From Akkermansia muciniphila (GTDB lineage: Bacteria; Verrucomicrobiota; Verrucomicrobiia; Limisphaerales; SXQI01): DNA of 46,583 nucleotides. Under the pieces are notes generated by a model, which was given only the letters and a program-made list of their open reading frames with translations, was not told where the DNA came from and did not search any database. Made by a program: the position numbers and the translations under genes. The stretch is taken from positions 1 to 46,583 of the forward strand of contig CAMBHS010000003.1 in NCBI GenBank assembly GCA_945867235.1, given 5' to 3'. Positions 10,226-20,214 of the stretch are shown here, in pieces (the first letter of the stretch is position 1; each line of letters starts with the position of its first letter).

Positions 10226-11242
10226 TCATTCCAAACGACCTATTACTGTCGAACGATCCGTTGGTTTATGAGGTAACGACGCGGTTTTCTTTTTATCACC
10301 AGTGGTGCCAGTGATCTCACGATAGGCTTGAGTCACTTGGTCTAAAAAGAAGGAACCGACATACCGTTGGAGGCGATCTTGTTTTTTCAATGAAGCTTTG
10401 ATCGCATCTATTGATTCCTTCACTTGTGCTTCTGTTTTTCCCTCATTCACTAATTTCTTTACCTCAGCCATCAAGGAATTAAAAAAAAGAATTTGATCCG
10501 CCAACACCGTTCCGTCCCCGGACGGTCCGTGGCCGGGGCAGATTGTCGTTGCGCCCAGCTTCTGGGCAATCAACAGAGTTTTCTCCCATGCTGTGATATT
10601 GCCGTCGCCTGTGTAATTATAAGGACCATTCACGCAGGCATCTCCTGTGAACAAGATTTTCTCTTTTGGAAGCCAAGCAAAGCCATCGCCACGGGTATGT
10701 GCTGTTCCGAAATGAAGCAATTCCACCCTATGCTGACCATCGTCAAAAATCATTTCGTTACGGAAAAGAAGCGTCGGCGGTTTGAGTTTGCTGTTGGCGA
10801 CATCCTCACGGTTTTTCGCTGTGTCCTCCCAACGACCAGGAACGGAGCCGAACAAGCCGGTTTCATATTTTTTCATCTCCATCAAGGCTCCTTCATGCGC
10901 GACGATGGTGGCACCATTCTCGAACCAAACTTGATTGCCATAGGCATGGTCACCATGGTGGTGGGTGTCGAAAGCGAATCGGATCGGTTTGTCCGTGATG
11001 GCTCTGATTTTGGGGATTACTTCCTTTGCTCCTGAAGGAAAATTTGCATCCACCACCAAGACAAAATCTTTGAAAACAATCCAACCATTATTGCAATGTC
11101 CGCGACGCCCAACGTCACCCTCATGAAAATAAACCCCAGGGGCAACCTCCTCCGTTTTATTAACCTCAGCATTCAGATCCGGAAACCACCCAAGACTTGT
11201 TATAAAAAGAATTGAGGTGATGGTGAAATAGGTTTTTATCAT
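10226..11242 (-). CDS. Secreted metallo-beta-lactamase-fold hydrolase (cyclase-like)
   Basis: THHHGDH (HxHxDH), AHTRGD, LFTGD, PGHG. Probable start ATG at 11242 (MIKTYF) before a signal peptide; the ORF extends to 11284. Confidence 0.85.
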   Translation of the reverse strand: MIKTYFTITSILFITSLGWFPDLNAEVNKTEEVAPGVYFHEGDVGRRGHCNNGWIVFKDFVLVVDANFPSGAKEVIPKIRAITDKPIRFAFDTHHHGDHAYGNQVWFENGATIVAHEGALMEMKKYETGLFGSVPGRWEDTAKNREDVANSKLKPPTLLFRNEMIFDDGQHRVELLHFGTAHTRGDGFAWLPKEKILFTGDACVNGPYNYTGDGNITAWEKTLLIAQKLGATTICPGHGPSGDGTVLADQILFFNSLMAEVKKLVNEGKTEAQVKESIDAIKASLKKQDRLQRYVGSFFLDQVTQAYREITGTTGDKKKTASLPHKPTDRSTVIGRLE

Positions 11243-11285
11243 AGGTTGTTTAGAGCGATTAAGACAAGATTGCCGAAATGGCAAA

Positions 11286-11312
11286 CTGAAAATTTGGCTG
11301 AAAATTTGGCTG
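11286..11312. repeat. 12-bp tandem direct repeat (CTGAAAATTTGG x2 + CTG) in the divergent MBL/gmd intergenic region
   Basis: Read directly at 11286-11297, 11298-11309 and 11310-11312. A related CTGAAATTTTCC lies at 11347-11358. Confidence 0.8.
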
Positions 11313-11404
11313 GATAGTTTTTAGATGACACAGTTTGCGCCAATACCTGAAATTTTCCTCGCTTGCGCAGGAGGTTGGCTTCTCACATTCTGGTTGCACC
11401 AAAT

Positions 11405-12394
11405 ATGGCGAAGCGAGCACTCATCACGGGAATAACAGGACAGGACGGATCCTTTCTGGCGGAATTACTGCTGGCCAAGGATTATGAGGTGCATGGCGTT
11501 GTCCGCCGCACGAGCACCTTGGAACGCACGCGCATCGACCATCTCACGTCCAATCCTGAAATCTACAACAAGTCCCTGTTTTTACACTACGCTGAGTTGA
11601 GTGAACCGATCGCCCTCCGGCGCGTTATCGACAAATCTGCTCCCGATGAAGTTTACCATCTTGCGGGGCAGTCGCACGTTGGAATTAGTTTTGAAATTCC
11701 AGAAACCACGTTGGATATGACAGCCACAGGGACGCTGAGGCTTCTCGAAATGATGAGAGATTATTCAACTCAAATCCGATTTTTTCATGCGTCCTCCAGT
11801 GAGATTTTTGGACGCCCGGATCATTTCCCTCAAAATGAAACTTGCCCTTTCAAACCAGTCAACCCCTACGGTTGTGCCAAAGCTTATGCGACCTTGATGA
11901 CTGACGTTTACCGAGAAACTTACGGGCTTTTTGCGTGCAACGGAATTTTATATAATCACGAATCGCAGCGACGCGGGGAAAATTTTGTCACCCGAAAAAT
12001 TTGCCGAGGAGCGGCGCAAATCAAAGCCGGGTTAAAGGATTATCTGACCTTGGGTGATGTGACGTCGCTGAGAGATTGGGGGCACGCTGAGGACTATGTG
12101 CAGGGCATGTGGCTGGCATTACAACAAGATGCGCCCGAGAATTACGTATTTGCTACAGGGGAACTCCACAGTGTGGACGAGGTTGTGCAGACTGCTTTTA
12201 TCGCAGCAGGACTTGATCCAAAAAAGTTCATCCGGCAGGATCCGCGATTCATGCGTCCCAGTGAATCCACCCGTCTTGTGGGGGATGCATCCAAAGCCAA
12301 GAACAAATTAGGTTGGGCTCCGAAATGGACATTCACAGAAATGATCGAAAGCATGACCCGACACGAAATCAAATTGATCTCCCAAGGAAAATAA
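11405..12394 (+). CDS. gmd: GDP-mannose 4,6-dehydratase
   Basis: ALITGITGQDGSFLA, HLAGQSHV, ASSSE, NPYGCAK (YxxxK), NHES, RDWGHA. Start placed at ATG 11405. Confidence 0.95.
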   Translation: MAKRALITGITGQDGSFLAELLLAKDYEVHGVVRRTSTLERTRIDHLTSNPEIYNKSLFLHYAELSEPIALRRVIDKSAPDEVYHLAGQSHVGISFEIPETTLDMTATGTLRLLEMMRDYSTQIRFFHASSSEIFGRPDHFPQNETCPFKPVNPYGCAKAYATLMTDVYRETYGLFACNGILYNHESQRRGENFVTRKICRGAAQIKAGLKDYLTLGDVTSLRDWGHAEDYVQGMWLALQQDAPENYVFATGELHSVDEVVQTAFIAAGLDPKKFIRQDPRFMRPSESTRLVGDASKAKNKLGWAPKWTFTEMIESMTRHEIKLISQGK

Positions 12395-12441
12395 AACCGA
12401 GTCGCGACCTTGATCAATAATCTGTCAGGAATTAAACGATC

Positions 12442-14565
12442 CTATTTTTTCTTCTGAACGGTCTCTGTCGAGGGAGCGGATTTGAGTAAGCCGACATAAT
12501 CGGTCAGAATGGCGATCGTCTCGTCCAGTTGAGGATCGAACGGTGAATCAGCTTCGAGATCAGGATCAAGGGCAACTCCAACCTCCTTCGGTGTCACAGG
12601 TTCGACATCCTTCTCCTTTTTTGCGACCACCACCAGCGTCATGGGTTCGCCCTTGTCGATGTTTTCCAATGTCAGATCAAAAGTGCGATTCTTGGATGGC
12701 TTCCGCGAGGCTCTCTCCTTTTTACGAGCGTCAGCCTGATCCTTTAAACCCTTCTTTTCGGCGAGTCGTTTAGTTTCGTTCAGGGAGATTGTTTTATCCT
12801 CCTGCCGCTTTTTCACATCGGCGATATCTTCGCGCAGATAACTAAAATCCTTACTGGCATCCACCCGAATCTTGGATCGCCTAGACAATTCTGGGACATA
12901 CTTTTGAACCCGATCCAGACGGGTATAACTCACGGGTGTCGTGCCACCTGCAGGGAGACAATTTTCTAAACTCGACTCACCGATATCGAGGTAATCATAA
13001 AGCGAAGGAAGAACAATCTCCGGAGTAACGCCTTCCTTCTGGGTTGTTCCTCCGGCAACTCGATAAAACTTAGAAACGGTCATCTTGAGTTTGCCGGGAT
13101 TGGGAATGTCCTCCAACGCTTTATCGAGTGATAAAACCTGTTGGACGGTGCCTTTTCCATGGGTCGTCAAATCCCCCACCAGCAAGGCTCTGCCATAATC
13201 TTGCAATGCCGCAGAGGTGATCTCGGACGCGGAGGCACTCAATTTACCTTCCAGCACGACTAGAGGTCCGTCGTAGGCAATCTTGGGATCGCTATCATCC
13301 ATCACCCGCGTCTCCTTATGATCTTTCACCTGAACGATGGGACCTTTTTTGAGGAATAATCCAGTGAGTTTTATGGATTCCTCCAAAATTCCACCGCCGT
13401 TCCTTCTTAAATCCAAAATCACTCCTTCCACATTCTCCTTCTTGAGACGCTCCAACAACTTCTCCACATGATCCGAACAATTATCGTAGAATTGCGGGAG
13501 GTTGACGATCCCCAGTCGATGTGTTTTGCCTTGAGAATTAACATGTTCGATCACCTGCGCCTTCGCGTGTTGGTCCTTGAGCTTGATTTCGTCGCGAACC
13601 AAGGTGATTTCTTTTTTAACGTCAGGAGCACTGGCAGGAATCACGGTCAAACGGACTTTGGTGGAACGATCGCCTCGAATCATTTGGACAACCTTGTTGA
13701 GACGCATCTCAACCACATCCACCATTTCGCCTGATTCCTGACCAACAGCCACAATCTTATCATTGGGCTTCAGGAGCTTTGATAAATCAGCGGGGCCACC
13801 GGGAACCAGACTCCTGATCTTGGTGTTTCCATCATCCCATTCCAACTGCGCTCCGATGCCGCTTAACTTTAAACTAATGTTCTGGATTTCAAAATTCGAA
13901 GCCTCGGTTGGGCTGAGATAATCCGAATGCGGGTCATAAGTATGCCCGAGTGCTGTGAGGTAGCTTTGAAGGATATCTTCCGCATCATACTCCCTCATGG
14001 TTTTCTCAAGTCGAGCATAGCGCTTGCCGATCAGGCGAGACGTTTCTTCCGGCTTTTCTTTATTAAGTTTACCCTGCAACAGCTCATACTTTACGCGCGC
14101 TTTCCAAAGTGCTTCGGATTCATTTTTATCCTTGGGCCATGCCGCTTTGTTGCGACTGGCTAGGAAGCTCTCATCCTTGGTGAAATCAAATTGTTCTAGA
14201 AGTGCTTTGTCTACAAATCGACGACCTTCCGCGAGGCGTTGCAAATACCGGTCAAAAATTGCAAATGCTGGCTCGGAGGTTCCTGCCTTCAACGCATCAT
14301 CCAGCTTGGTTCCATAAATTTTCTCAAAATCATCCACATCCGATTGGAAAAAAATCAAGTGGTTGTAATCCAACGTGTTAAGATAGTTCTTGAGGAATTG
14401 TTGGGAGAGTTGATCGTCAACAGTCGATTGGCGATAATGGTATTTCTCGAGTAATTTTGAAACCGCGAAAGAAATGCGACCCGACTGGGTTGCCGTAAAT
14501 TCTTTGGACTGTGATGACCACGGCAAGATTGCACACACGGCCAAGGCAGCAATTATTCGTTTCAT
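12442..14565 (-). CDS. prc: Carboxy-terminal processing (tail-specific) protease, S41A, with PDZ domain
   Basis: DPHSDY, GIGA, GGPA (PDZ), DLRRNGGG, SASASEI (catalytic Ser), GKGTVQ (catalytic Lys), TQKEGVTPEI. Start placed at ATG 14565. Confidence 0.92.
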   Translation of the reverse strand: MKRIIAALAVCAILPWSSQSKEFTATQSGRISFAVSKLLEKYHYRQSTVDDQLSQQFLKNYLNTLDYNHLIFFQSDVDDFEKIYGTKLDDALKAGTSEPAFAIFDRYLQRLAEGRRFVDKALLEQFDFTKDESFLASRNKAAWPKDKNESEALWKARVKYELLQGKLNKEKPEETSRLIGKRYARLEKTMREYDAEDILQSYLTALGHTYDPHSDYLSPTEASNFEIQNISLKLSGIGAQLEWDDGNTKIRSLVPGGPADLSKLLKPNDKIVAVGQESGEMVDVVEMRLNKVVQMIRGDRSTKVRLTVIPASAPDVKKEITLVRDEIKLKDQHAKAQVIEHVNSQGKTHRLGIVNLPQFYDNCSDHVEKLLERLKKENVEGVILDLRRNGGGILEESIKLTGLFLKKGPIVQVKDHKETRVMDDSDPKIAYDGPLVVLEGKLSASASEITSAALQDYGRALLVGDLTTHGKGTVQQVLSLDKALEDIPNPGKLKMTVSKFYRVAGGTTQKEGVTPEIVLPSLYDYLDIGESSLENCLPAGGTTPVSYTRLDRVQKYVPELSRRSKIRVDASKDFSYLREDIADVKKRQEDKTISLNETKRLAEKKGLKDQADARKKERASRKPSKNRTFDLTLENIDKGEPMTLVVVAKKEKDVEPVTPKEVGVALDPDLEADSPFDPQLDETIAILTDYVGLLKSAPSTETVQKKK

Positions 14566-14743
14566 AGATGCAATCAATTTGTCTCTAATCCAGATTTTAT
14601 CAACCACTATTATGTTTTTCTGATCGGAGCAAACTTTAGATCCCTAGCTTTTATTTTAGACCTTCCCCTCGCCAACACCGGTTCCCCGTAAAATTCACAT
14701 GAAAAAGGTTTTTCCAACTCGGAGGGGTTCAGCATGAAAACCA

Positions 14744-14777
14744 AAAGCCCACCCTAAACAAATTTAGGGTGGGCTTT
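14744..14777. terminator. Intrinsic terminator hairpin downstream of the DUF1328-like gene
   Basis: Perfect 15-bp inverted repeat AAAGCCCACCCTAAA-CAAA-TTTAGGGTGGGCTTT; U-rich tail on the minus strand. Confidence 0.8.
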
Positions 14778-14802
14778 ATTCAAAGCATATTTGGCGAAAG
14801 CG

Positions 14803-14970
14803 TCATGCTTCGACGTTGTCGTCGATTCCATCCAGTAATCGGGAAATAAAGAACGCAATGAAAAAGGCTCCGAACAAGGCCTTTCCAGTGCCGGAAACAT
14901 AGGGATTTCCACCCCCTACAAAACCTACAATCAAACTGACAATCGCGAAAAATAAAAAAGCTTTACGCAT
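14803..14970 (-). CDS. DUF1328/UPF0391-like small membrane protein (55 aa; absent from the ORF track)
   Basis: Manual translation MRKAFLFFAIVSLIVGFVGGGNPYVSGTGKALFGAFFIAFFISRLLDGIDDNVEA*: two hydrophobic helices around a Gly-rich linker, followed by a strong terminator. Confidence 0.75.
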   Translation of the reverse strand: MRKAFLFFAIVSLIVGFVGGGNPYVSGTGKALFGAFFIAFFISRLLDGIDDNVEA

Positions 14971-15066
14971 AAAAATCTACTCGATCAAAGTAGTAAACTA
15001 ACGAGAAGATTTCAAGACTTTTGATGGTTTTTACGTCTAGTGAGTCATCTGAGGCGATGGAATTGA

Positions 15067-17601
15067 TCAATGCCTAGGAAGTTTCAACTTATGGTCGATC
15101 CGGCGAGTTTGATAATGCTCCAATGGTGGAAATTCTCGCTGAGTGGGAGAGGCGACCTCATTCAACATATCTTTCGCAAAACTTTGCAAGGCTGTCCACC
15201 GCGCCCCTTCCAGAGAAGGGGCGTGGCTGATCTGGCGTAACACACTGCGCCATTCGATAATCATCCGGTCAATATCACCCACTCCTAGGATCGGGGTGAC
15301 CCATTTGTATTTAGATTGAGGCAATTGGTGCACCGCCGCGACGATTTCTGCAGCGCCATACCCGTATTTAGGAGGTATGCCGTTCTCCAAATACCCAGGA
15401 ATGCTGACAAGCCCGTAGGCTTTATTGCAAACTTTTGCCAATCGCCCCATATAACGATTTTCGTCCCCACAAAACCGAAATCCTCCATCCAGATTTGCCA
15501 GATCATAAACCAAATCAGGGATCGGGTAATCTGCATCCTCCAAGGCAGCGGCAATCGCCAAACCATCACCTTGCGAAAAAAAACTTACGATCTGCCCTTT
15601 CAAGGTGGGGGTGCCCGTTTCATCCACAAGATTCAACCTTCGCCATTGCAACGCAGTCCCGGTTGATGTCGGGAGAGCTTGGCAATCAGTGACCAACGAG
15701 CATTGGGAGCAGGGCACCGGAATGGCCTCACGCTCAGAGGGTCGCCATAAGGCTACTCCTGCATCATCTATCGGCACACGAAGCGATTGCTCAGCCAAGC
15801 TGACCTCCGCGACTATTTTAAGAGGGTGTTCCTTGAGTCTCACGAGGGGTGTTTTTTCCATCGCAAGCTTTTCTCCTAAAAGTAGGATCACTTTACCGTT
15901 CCATTCATCGACAGAGACTTGGCGTCTGGGCCACAGAGTCAGGCGGCGCACCCATTTGGTGAGAAGAATCTGGCCGTTGTTCAACCGTTCTGCGACGGTC
16001 ATTTCGCGTCCGTAAACTTTGACCCCATCCTCCTCAGACACGACACAAAGGTTTCCAAACCCGATTTTTTCGAGTGCTACCGGTTCGGTAAGCACACTTC
16101 TCAAGGCGATAGGCTCACCTGATTCACCCTTTGAAAGGGTTGCATTTGGTGAAAAAAATACCTTTCCTGCAGCTACGAGTGTTGGCTCCGGTTTGGGCTG
16201 CCAAAGTTGCCGGCTGTTGAACATTTCCCGAACTCGCTTACGCACCAATCGAGCTCGTTCTGAATCGGTTCGAAGTCCGCAAGGAGTAACAGGGTTTTTA
16301 AGAGATTCCTCGACTCCTAGAAAAATTCTCTTGTTAGTAAATAGTCGTCCTTGGACACGGACGGCCTCGGCGTAGGGGTTAAGCCCCGCCCGAGAGGCTT
16401 CGCTCATAATTCTAAGCAATGTCCCCCAATCCACCAATGCTCCGCGTGACAATGATGCAAGGCTCGCATCGATCAACCGTAGGCCGTTGGAGGTCACCAA
16501 AGCGAACCCAGTTTCGTCTAAACCTCGGCGTCCCGCGCGTCCGAACATTTGCAGGATTTCATCCGACCGGAGGGGTTGTTCGACCTGTTCCCGTCGATAG
16601 GATTCGCCCGAGAGTGCGACACTACGCAAAGAGAAATTGATCCCCGCAGCCAACCCCATCGTCGCGACCACCACTCGCAACTGCCCTGCTTTGGTCAACG
16701 GCTCGATAATCCCAGCACGGCAAGCATAACTTAATCCACTATGGTGGTATGTGATCCGACTTTTGAGCAGCTTTGCGAGGTGCTCACCTGTGATCATCCG
16801 CTGTTCCGGTGTCAAGTTGAGCGGATTGGGATTCGGCAAATATTTCGCCAGTTCATTGGCCATGATCTCGGCAGCTTGGCGACGGGGGGCAAAAATAAGG
16901 ATTGGCCCTAAATCCTCTGCCAAGGCTTTTGCTACAAGGCGTGGCCAATATCCTTGGATATCGTTTGGCAGATGGTAACTGAGGTTGTTTGCCTGTATTT
17001 CCTCCAATGGCACAGGTCGGTGGTCATAACGAATCAACTGAGCCGTTCGACCCAATCGATTAAGCCATTGAACGATGTGGTGAGGATTAGCCACACTGCC
17101 ACTGAGTAACAATAACTGGGTTTGAGAAGGTGCCAGTGCGATGGCCAGTTCATAATTGAGACCTCGATCAGGATCGCCCAACATTTGATACTCATCCACC
17201 ACCAGCAAAGAAGGACCGTCACCCGCAATTAAACGTGCTTTCTGCGTTTCTAATGTCGCAACGATAACAGGAGCACTTAGGTTGTCGGAAATATCTCCGG
17301 TTGCAATTCCAACATTCCAACCTCGAGCTCTCCACTCCGCAAGCTTGTCATTGGCCAGAGCACGGGTTGGCACGGTGTAAATCGCTTGCCCACGGTTTTT
17401 TCCTTGATTGGACCACAGTTCAAAAATCAAGGTCTTCCCTGCCCCTGTGGGCGCATGAACCACCACATCCTTTCCGGTGCGCAGAGCTGCAACAGCCTCT
17501 TGTTGCCAAAGGTCAGGAATGGTTACCTGCTGAAGTCCCTGCAACCCATCCCAAGAATCCTGCGTATTAAAATGAATTCCTGCGTTAGAGAGCATGGGCA
17601 A
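15067..17601 (-). CDS. Ski2/HelY-like SF2 (DExD/H) helicase
   Basis: APTGAGKT (I), PTRALANDK (Ia), DEYQ (II), SGS (III), ATMGLAAGIN (V), QMFGRAGRRG (VI); long C-terminal extension. An ATG at 17595 is an alternative start. Confidence 0.88.
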   Translation of the reverse strand: MPMLSNAGIHFNTQDSWDGLQGLQQVTIPDLWQQEAVAALRTGKDVVVHAPTGAGKTLIFELWSNQGKNRGQAIYTVPTRALANDKLAEWRARGWNVGIATGDISDNLSAPVIVATLETQKARLIAGDGPSLLVVDEYQMLGDPDRGLNYELAIALAPSQTQLLLLSGSVANPHHIVQWLNRLGRTAQLIRYDHRPVPLEEIQANNLSYHLPNDIQGYWPRLVAKALAEDLGPILIFAPRRQAAEIMANELAKYLPNPNPLNLTPEQRMITGEHLAKLLKSRITYHHSGLSYACRAGIIEPLTKAGQLRVVVATMGLAAGINFSLRSVALSGESYRREQVEQPLRSDEILQMFGRAGRRGLDETGFALVTSNGLRLIDASLASLSRGALVDWGTLLRIMSEASRAGLNPYAEAVRVQGRLFTNKRIFLGVEESLKNPVTPCGLRTDSERARLVRKRVREMFNSRQLWQPKPEPTLVAAGKVFFSPNATLSKGESGEPIALRSVLTEPVALEKIGFGNLCVVSEEDGVKVYGREMTVAERLNNGQILLTKWVRRLTLWPRRQVSVDEWNGKVILLLGEKLAMEKTPLVRLKEHPLKIVAEVSLAEQSLRVPIDDAGVALWRPSEREAIPVPCSQCSLVTDCQALPTSTGTALQWRRLNLVDETGTPTLKGQIVSFFSQGDGLAIAAALEDADYPIPDLVYDLANLDGGFRFCGDENRYMGRLAKVCNKAYGLVSIPGYLENGIPPKYGYGAAEIVAAVHQLPQSKYKWVTPILGVGDIDRMIIEWRSVLRQISHAPSLEGARWTALQSFAKDMLNEVASPTQREFPPLEHYQTRRIDHKLKLPRH

Positions 17602-17703
17602 AACTTAGCTGATGTTACCTGAAGCGGAAGATCAGAGTTGATGCGGACCCGCATCCTCCCTTTTTGATCTCCCTCGTCATCATCGGTTCCTTCAACCCTA
17701 AGA

Positions 17704-18666
17704 TTAGTCGTTCATAAGAGTTTGAACATGGCGGGCCGATGCACTCGCAAGCCCGCTGAGGTTGTAACCCCCTTCCAAAATTGAGACGAGCCTGCCACCA
17801 GCGTGCTCACGCGCGATGCTTAATACCACTTTGGTAAGGTCCGAAAAATCCTCGTCGGTTAGCAAAAATTCTCCCAACGGATCGCCTACTCGTGAATCGA
17901 AACCCGCTGAAATAAGAACCAATTCAGGTTTGAAAAGGTTGGCAGCCTTTACGAGGCGATCCTCAAAAACACCCAGTATCTTCTTCCGCCCTGTTCCCGC
18001 TGGAAACGGATTATTTTTGATACACCCTAGCCCTCGACCGGTTCCCGTTTCCGAAGCGTCGCCTGTGCCTGGATAAAGCGGGTGTTGATGGGTGTCAAAA
18101 AATAACACGGATCCGTCGGCATAAAAAACGTCCTGAGTCCCGTTGCCGTGATGGACATCCCAATCTGCGATTAAAATTTTCCCCAACCCTAGTTTCTTTT
18201 GAGCATGCCGAGCTGCGAGGGCGATGTTATTGAACAAGCAAAAACCCATCCCCTTGTTGCTGGATGCATGATGACCGGGTGGCCTGACAATACAAAATGC
18301 ATTTTTCGCTTTCCCACCTACAACTTCCTCGACCGCTCGAATCACCCCACCGGCTGCCAATACAGCAACGTCGAAAGAATCTGAACTAATGTTCGTATCC
18401 CCCGTACTCAGATAGGGAGCCCCACGCGCGACATCCTCGCGAGCCGTGGTCACATAACTAGGAAGGTGCACGCGCTCCAATTCGGCAATTGTCGCCCTTC
18501 GTGGTTCCTTCCAAACCAGTTTTTTGTCGACGTCCATCCGCAGCAGAGCCTCGCTCACTCGTTGGGAACGAGCTGGACTCTCGGGATGCCCCGCCCCGGT
18601 CTGATGCTTCTGATAATCCGAGGAAGAAATAATTGCCGTTGAATTCATGTCCTCTGCATACCACAT
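17704..18666 (-). CDS. Zn-dependent histone deacetylase-family (AcuC/HdaH-like) amidohydrolase
   Basis: HPESPAR, RPPGHHA, GFCLFNN, DWDVHHGNGTQ, SAGFD, LEGGY. Confidence 0.93.
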   Translation of the reverse strand: MWYAEDMNSTAIISSSDYQKHQTGAGHPESPARSQRVSEALLRMDVDKKLVWKEPRRATIAELERVHLPSYVTTAREDVARGAPYLSTGDTNISSDSFDVAVLAAGGVIRAVEEVVGGKAKNAFCIVRPPGHHASSNKGMGFCLFNNIALAARHAQKKLGLGKILIADWDVHHGNGTQDVFYADGSVLFFDTHQHPLYPGTGDASETGTGRGLGCIKNNPFPAGTGRKKILGVFEDRLVKAANLFKPELVLISAGFDSRVGDPLGEFLLTDEDFSDLTKVVLSIAREHAGGRLVSILEGGYNLSGLASASARHVQTLMND

Positions 18667-18713
18667 GGCGTTGGAAAACTGAAGGAGTGAATACTAGGTT
18701 GAGGCAAAGATTT

Positions 18714-18727
18714 ATAGCCTTGGCTAT
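18714..18727. promoter_or_regulatory. Candidate MntR box upstream of mntH
   Basis: Palindrome ATAGC-CTTG-GCTAT, identical in core and 4-nt spacing to the enterobacterial MntR box (CATAGC-N4-GCTATG); about 80 bp upstream of mntH. Confidence 0.65.
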
Positions 18728-18806
18728 TTTTAGTAGTTGATCCTAATTAAATTTGAGATAGCTTATTGTTCAACAGTGATTCTCGGAATCCCATTTTGTC
18801 GATTTT

Positions 18807-20201
18807 ATGCCTTCTGACTCAGCTCCGACCTTAGTTGACCCTAGTTCCCCACAGGAAGATCGTGGCTGGCGGCAAGCCAACACCACGAAGAGCCTTCAAG
18901 ATGTGCATCGCAGCGTCTCCATTCCCAAGGGGCTTGGATTCTGGGGTAAGTTACTTGCCTTTTCTGGACCGGGCTACCTCGTCGCCGTGGGTTATATGGA
19001 TCCAGGCAACTGGGCCACCGACATCGCTGGAGGTTCTGCCTATGGATACAGACTTCTCAGCATTATCTTGTTGTCGAATATCATGGCGATCATCCTGCAA
19101 TCGCTCTGCGCCAAGCTCGGGATTGTCACTGGCAGAGATTTAGCCCAGGCCTGTAGGGATCATTACTCCAAACCTATTGCGATGGTACTCTGGGTGATGT
19201 GCGAAATCGCAATCTGCGCCTGCGATCTGGCAGAGGTTCTCGGATCGGCCATTGGCCTCAATCTGTTATTCGGCATCCCCTTAGCTTGGGGGGTGGGAAT
19301 CACGATTCTCGATGTCTTGGCAATTCTTTACCTTCAAAACAAAGGTTTTCGATGGATCGAAGCTCTGGTTATTGTTCTCATTTTGACGATTGGAGGATGT
19401 TTTTTTGCGGAGATTATGTTCTCCAAACCTGCCTGGGGAGAGGTCATGTCGGGATTCATTCCGCGTGCTGAAATATTACGCAACCGCGAGATGCTCCTGA
19501 TCGGCATCGGAATTTTGGGTGCCACGGTGATGCCGCACAATCTTTACCTACATTCCTCAATCGTTCAGACGCGAAAATTTGAAAGAACCAGCGTAGGAAA
19601 ACGGGAAGCGATCAAATTTGCCACGATCGACTCCACAATCGCCCTGATGTTCGCACTTTTCATAAACGCAGCGATCCTCATCGTTGCCTCTTCCACGTTT
19701 CACACACGTGGTCAGTTCGAAGTTACGGAAATTCAAGAAGCTCACAAGATGCTAAGCCCGCTTCTTGGCGTATCGATTGCCAGCGGACTTTTTGCGGTGG
19801 CACTGCTGGCTTCAGGTCAGAGTTCCACGCTGACTGGCACACTTGCAGGTCAAATCGTCATGGAAGGTTTTATCAACATCCGCATCCGTCCTTGGCTCCG
19901 ACGGCTTATCACGCGCCTGATAGCCATTATTCCAGCGTTGATCTGCATCCTTATTTATGGGGAGGCGAGTGTCACCCGTCTGTTGGTAATGAGCCAAGTC
20001 ATTCTGAGCCTCCAACTTTCATTTGCTGTCATTCCATTGGTCACATTCACAAGCAACCGGGAAAAAATGGGGGAATTCGTCAATTCCGCTTGGCTCAAAT
20101 ATACCGCGTGGACGGTCGCCCTCGTAATTGTGAGCTTGAATGTGAAGTTTTTATTGGACACCTTCGGTCTAACTGGGGCGGCCACTGTGGCTAGTCACTA
20201 A
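18807..20201 (+). CDS. mntH: Nramp-family Mn2+/Fe2+ transporter
   Basis: [10 protein letters not shown] and [10 protein letters not shown] signature motifs; multiple TM helices. Confidence 0.96.
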   Translation: MPSDSAPTLVDPSSPQEDRGWRQANTTKSLQDVHRSVSIPKGLGFWGKLLAFSGPGYLVAVGYMDPGNWATDIAGGSAYGYRLLSIILLSNIMAIILQSLCAKLGIVTGRDLAQACRDHYSKPIAMVLWVMCEIAICACDLAEVLGSAIGLNLLFGIPLAWGVGITILDVLAILYLQNKGFRWIEALVIVLILTIGGCFFAEIMFSKPAWGEVMSGFIPRAEILRNREMLLIGIGILGATVMPHNLYLHSSIVQTRKFERTSVGKREAIKFATIDSTIALMFALFINAAILIVASSTFHTRGQFEVTEIQEAHKMLSPLLGVSIASGLFAVALLASGQSSTLTGTLAGQIVMEGFINIRIRPWLRRLITRLIAIIPALICILIYGEASVTRLLVMSQVILSLQLSFAVIPLVTFTSNREKMGEFVNSAWLKYTAWTVALVIVSLNVKFLLDTFGLTGAATVASH

Positions 20202-20214
20202 GAAAGTATCTGAT

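Noticed and set aside
17628-17672. Hairpin between the deacetylase and helicase genes as a terminator or riboswitch
   Set aside because: The U-tract lies on the strand opposite both genes, and no known motif is matched.
18667-18806. yybP-ykoY (Mn) riboswitch upstream of mntH
   Set aside because: The short AT-rich region has no recognisable four-way-junction elements; the MntR-like palindrome explains it better.
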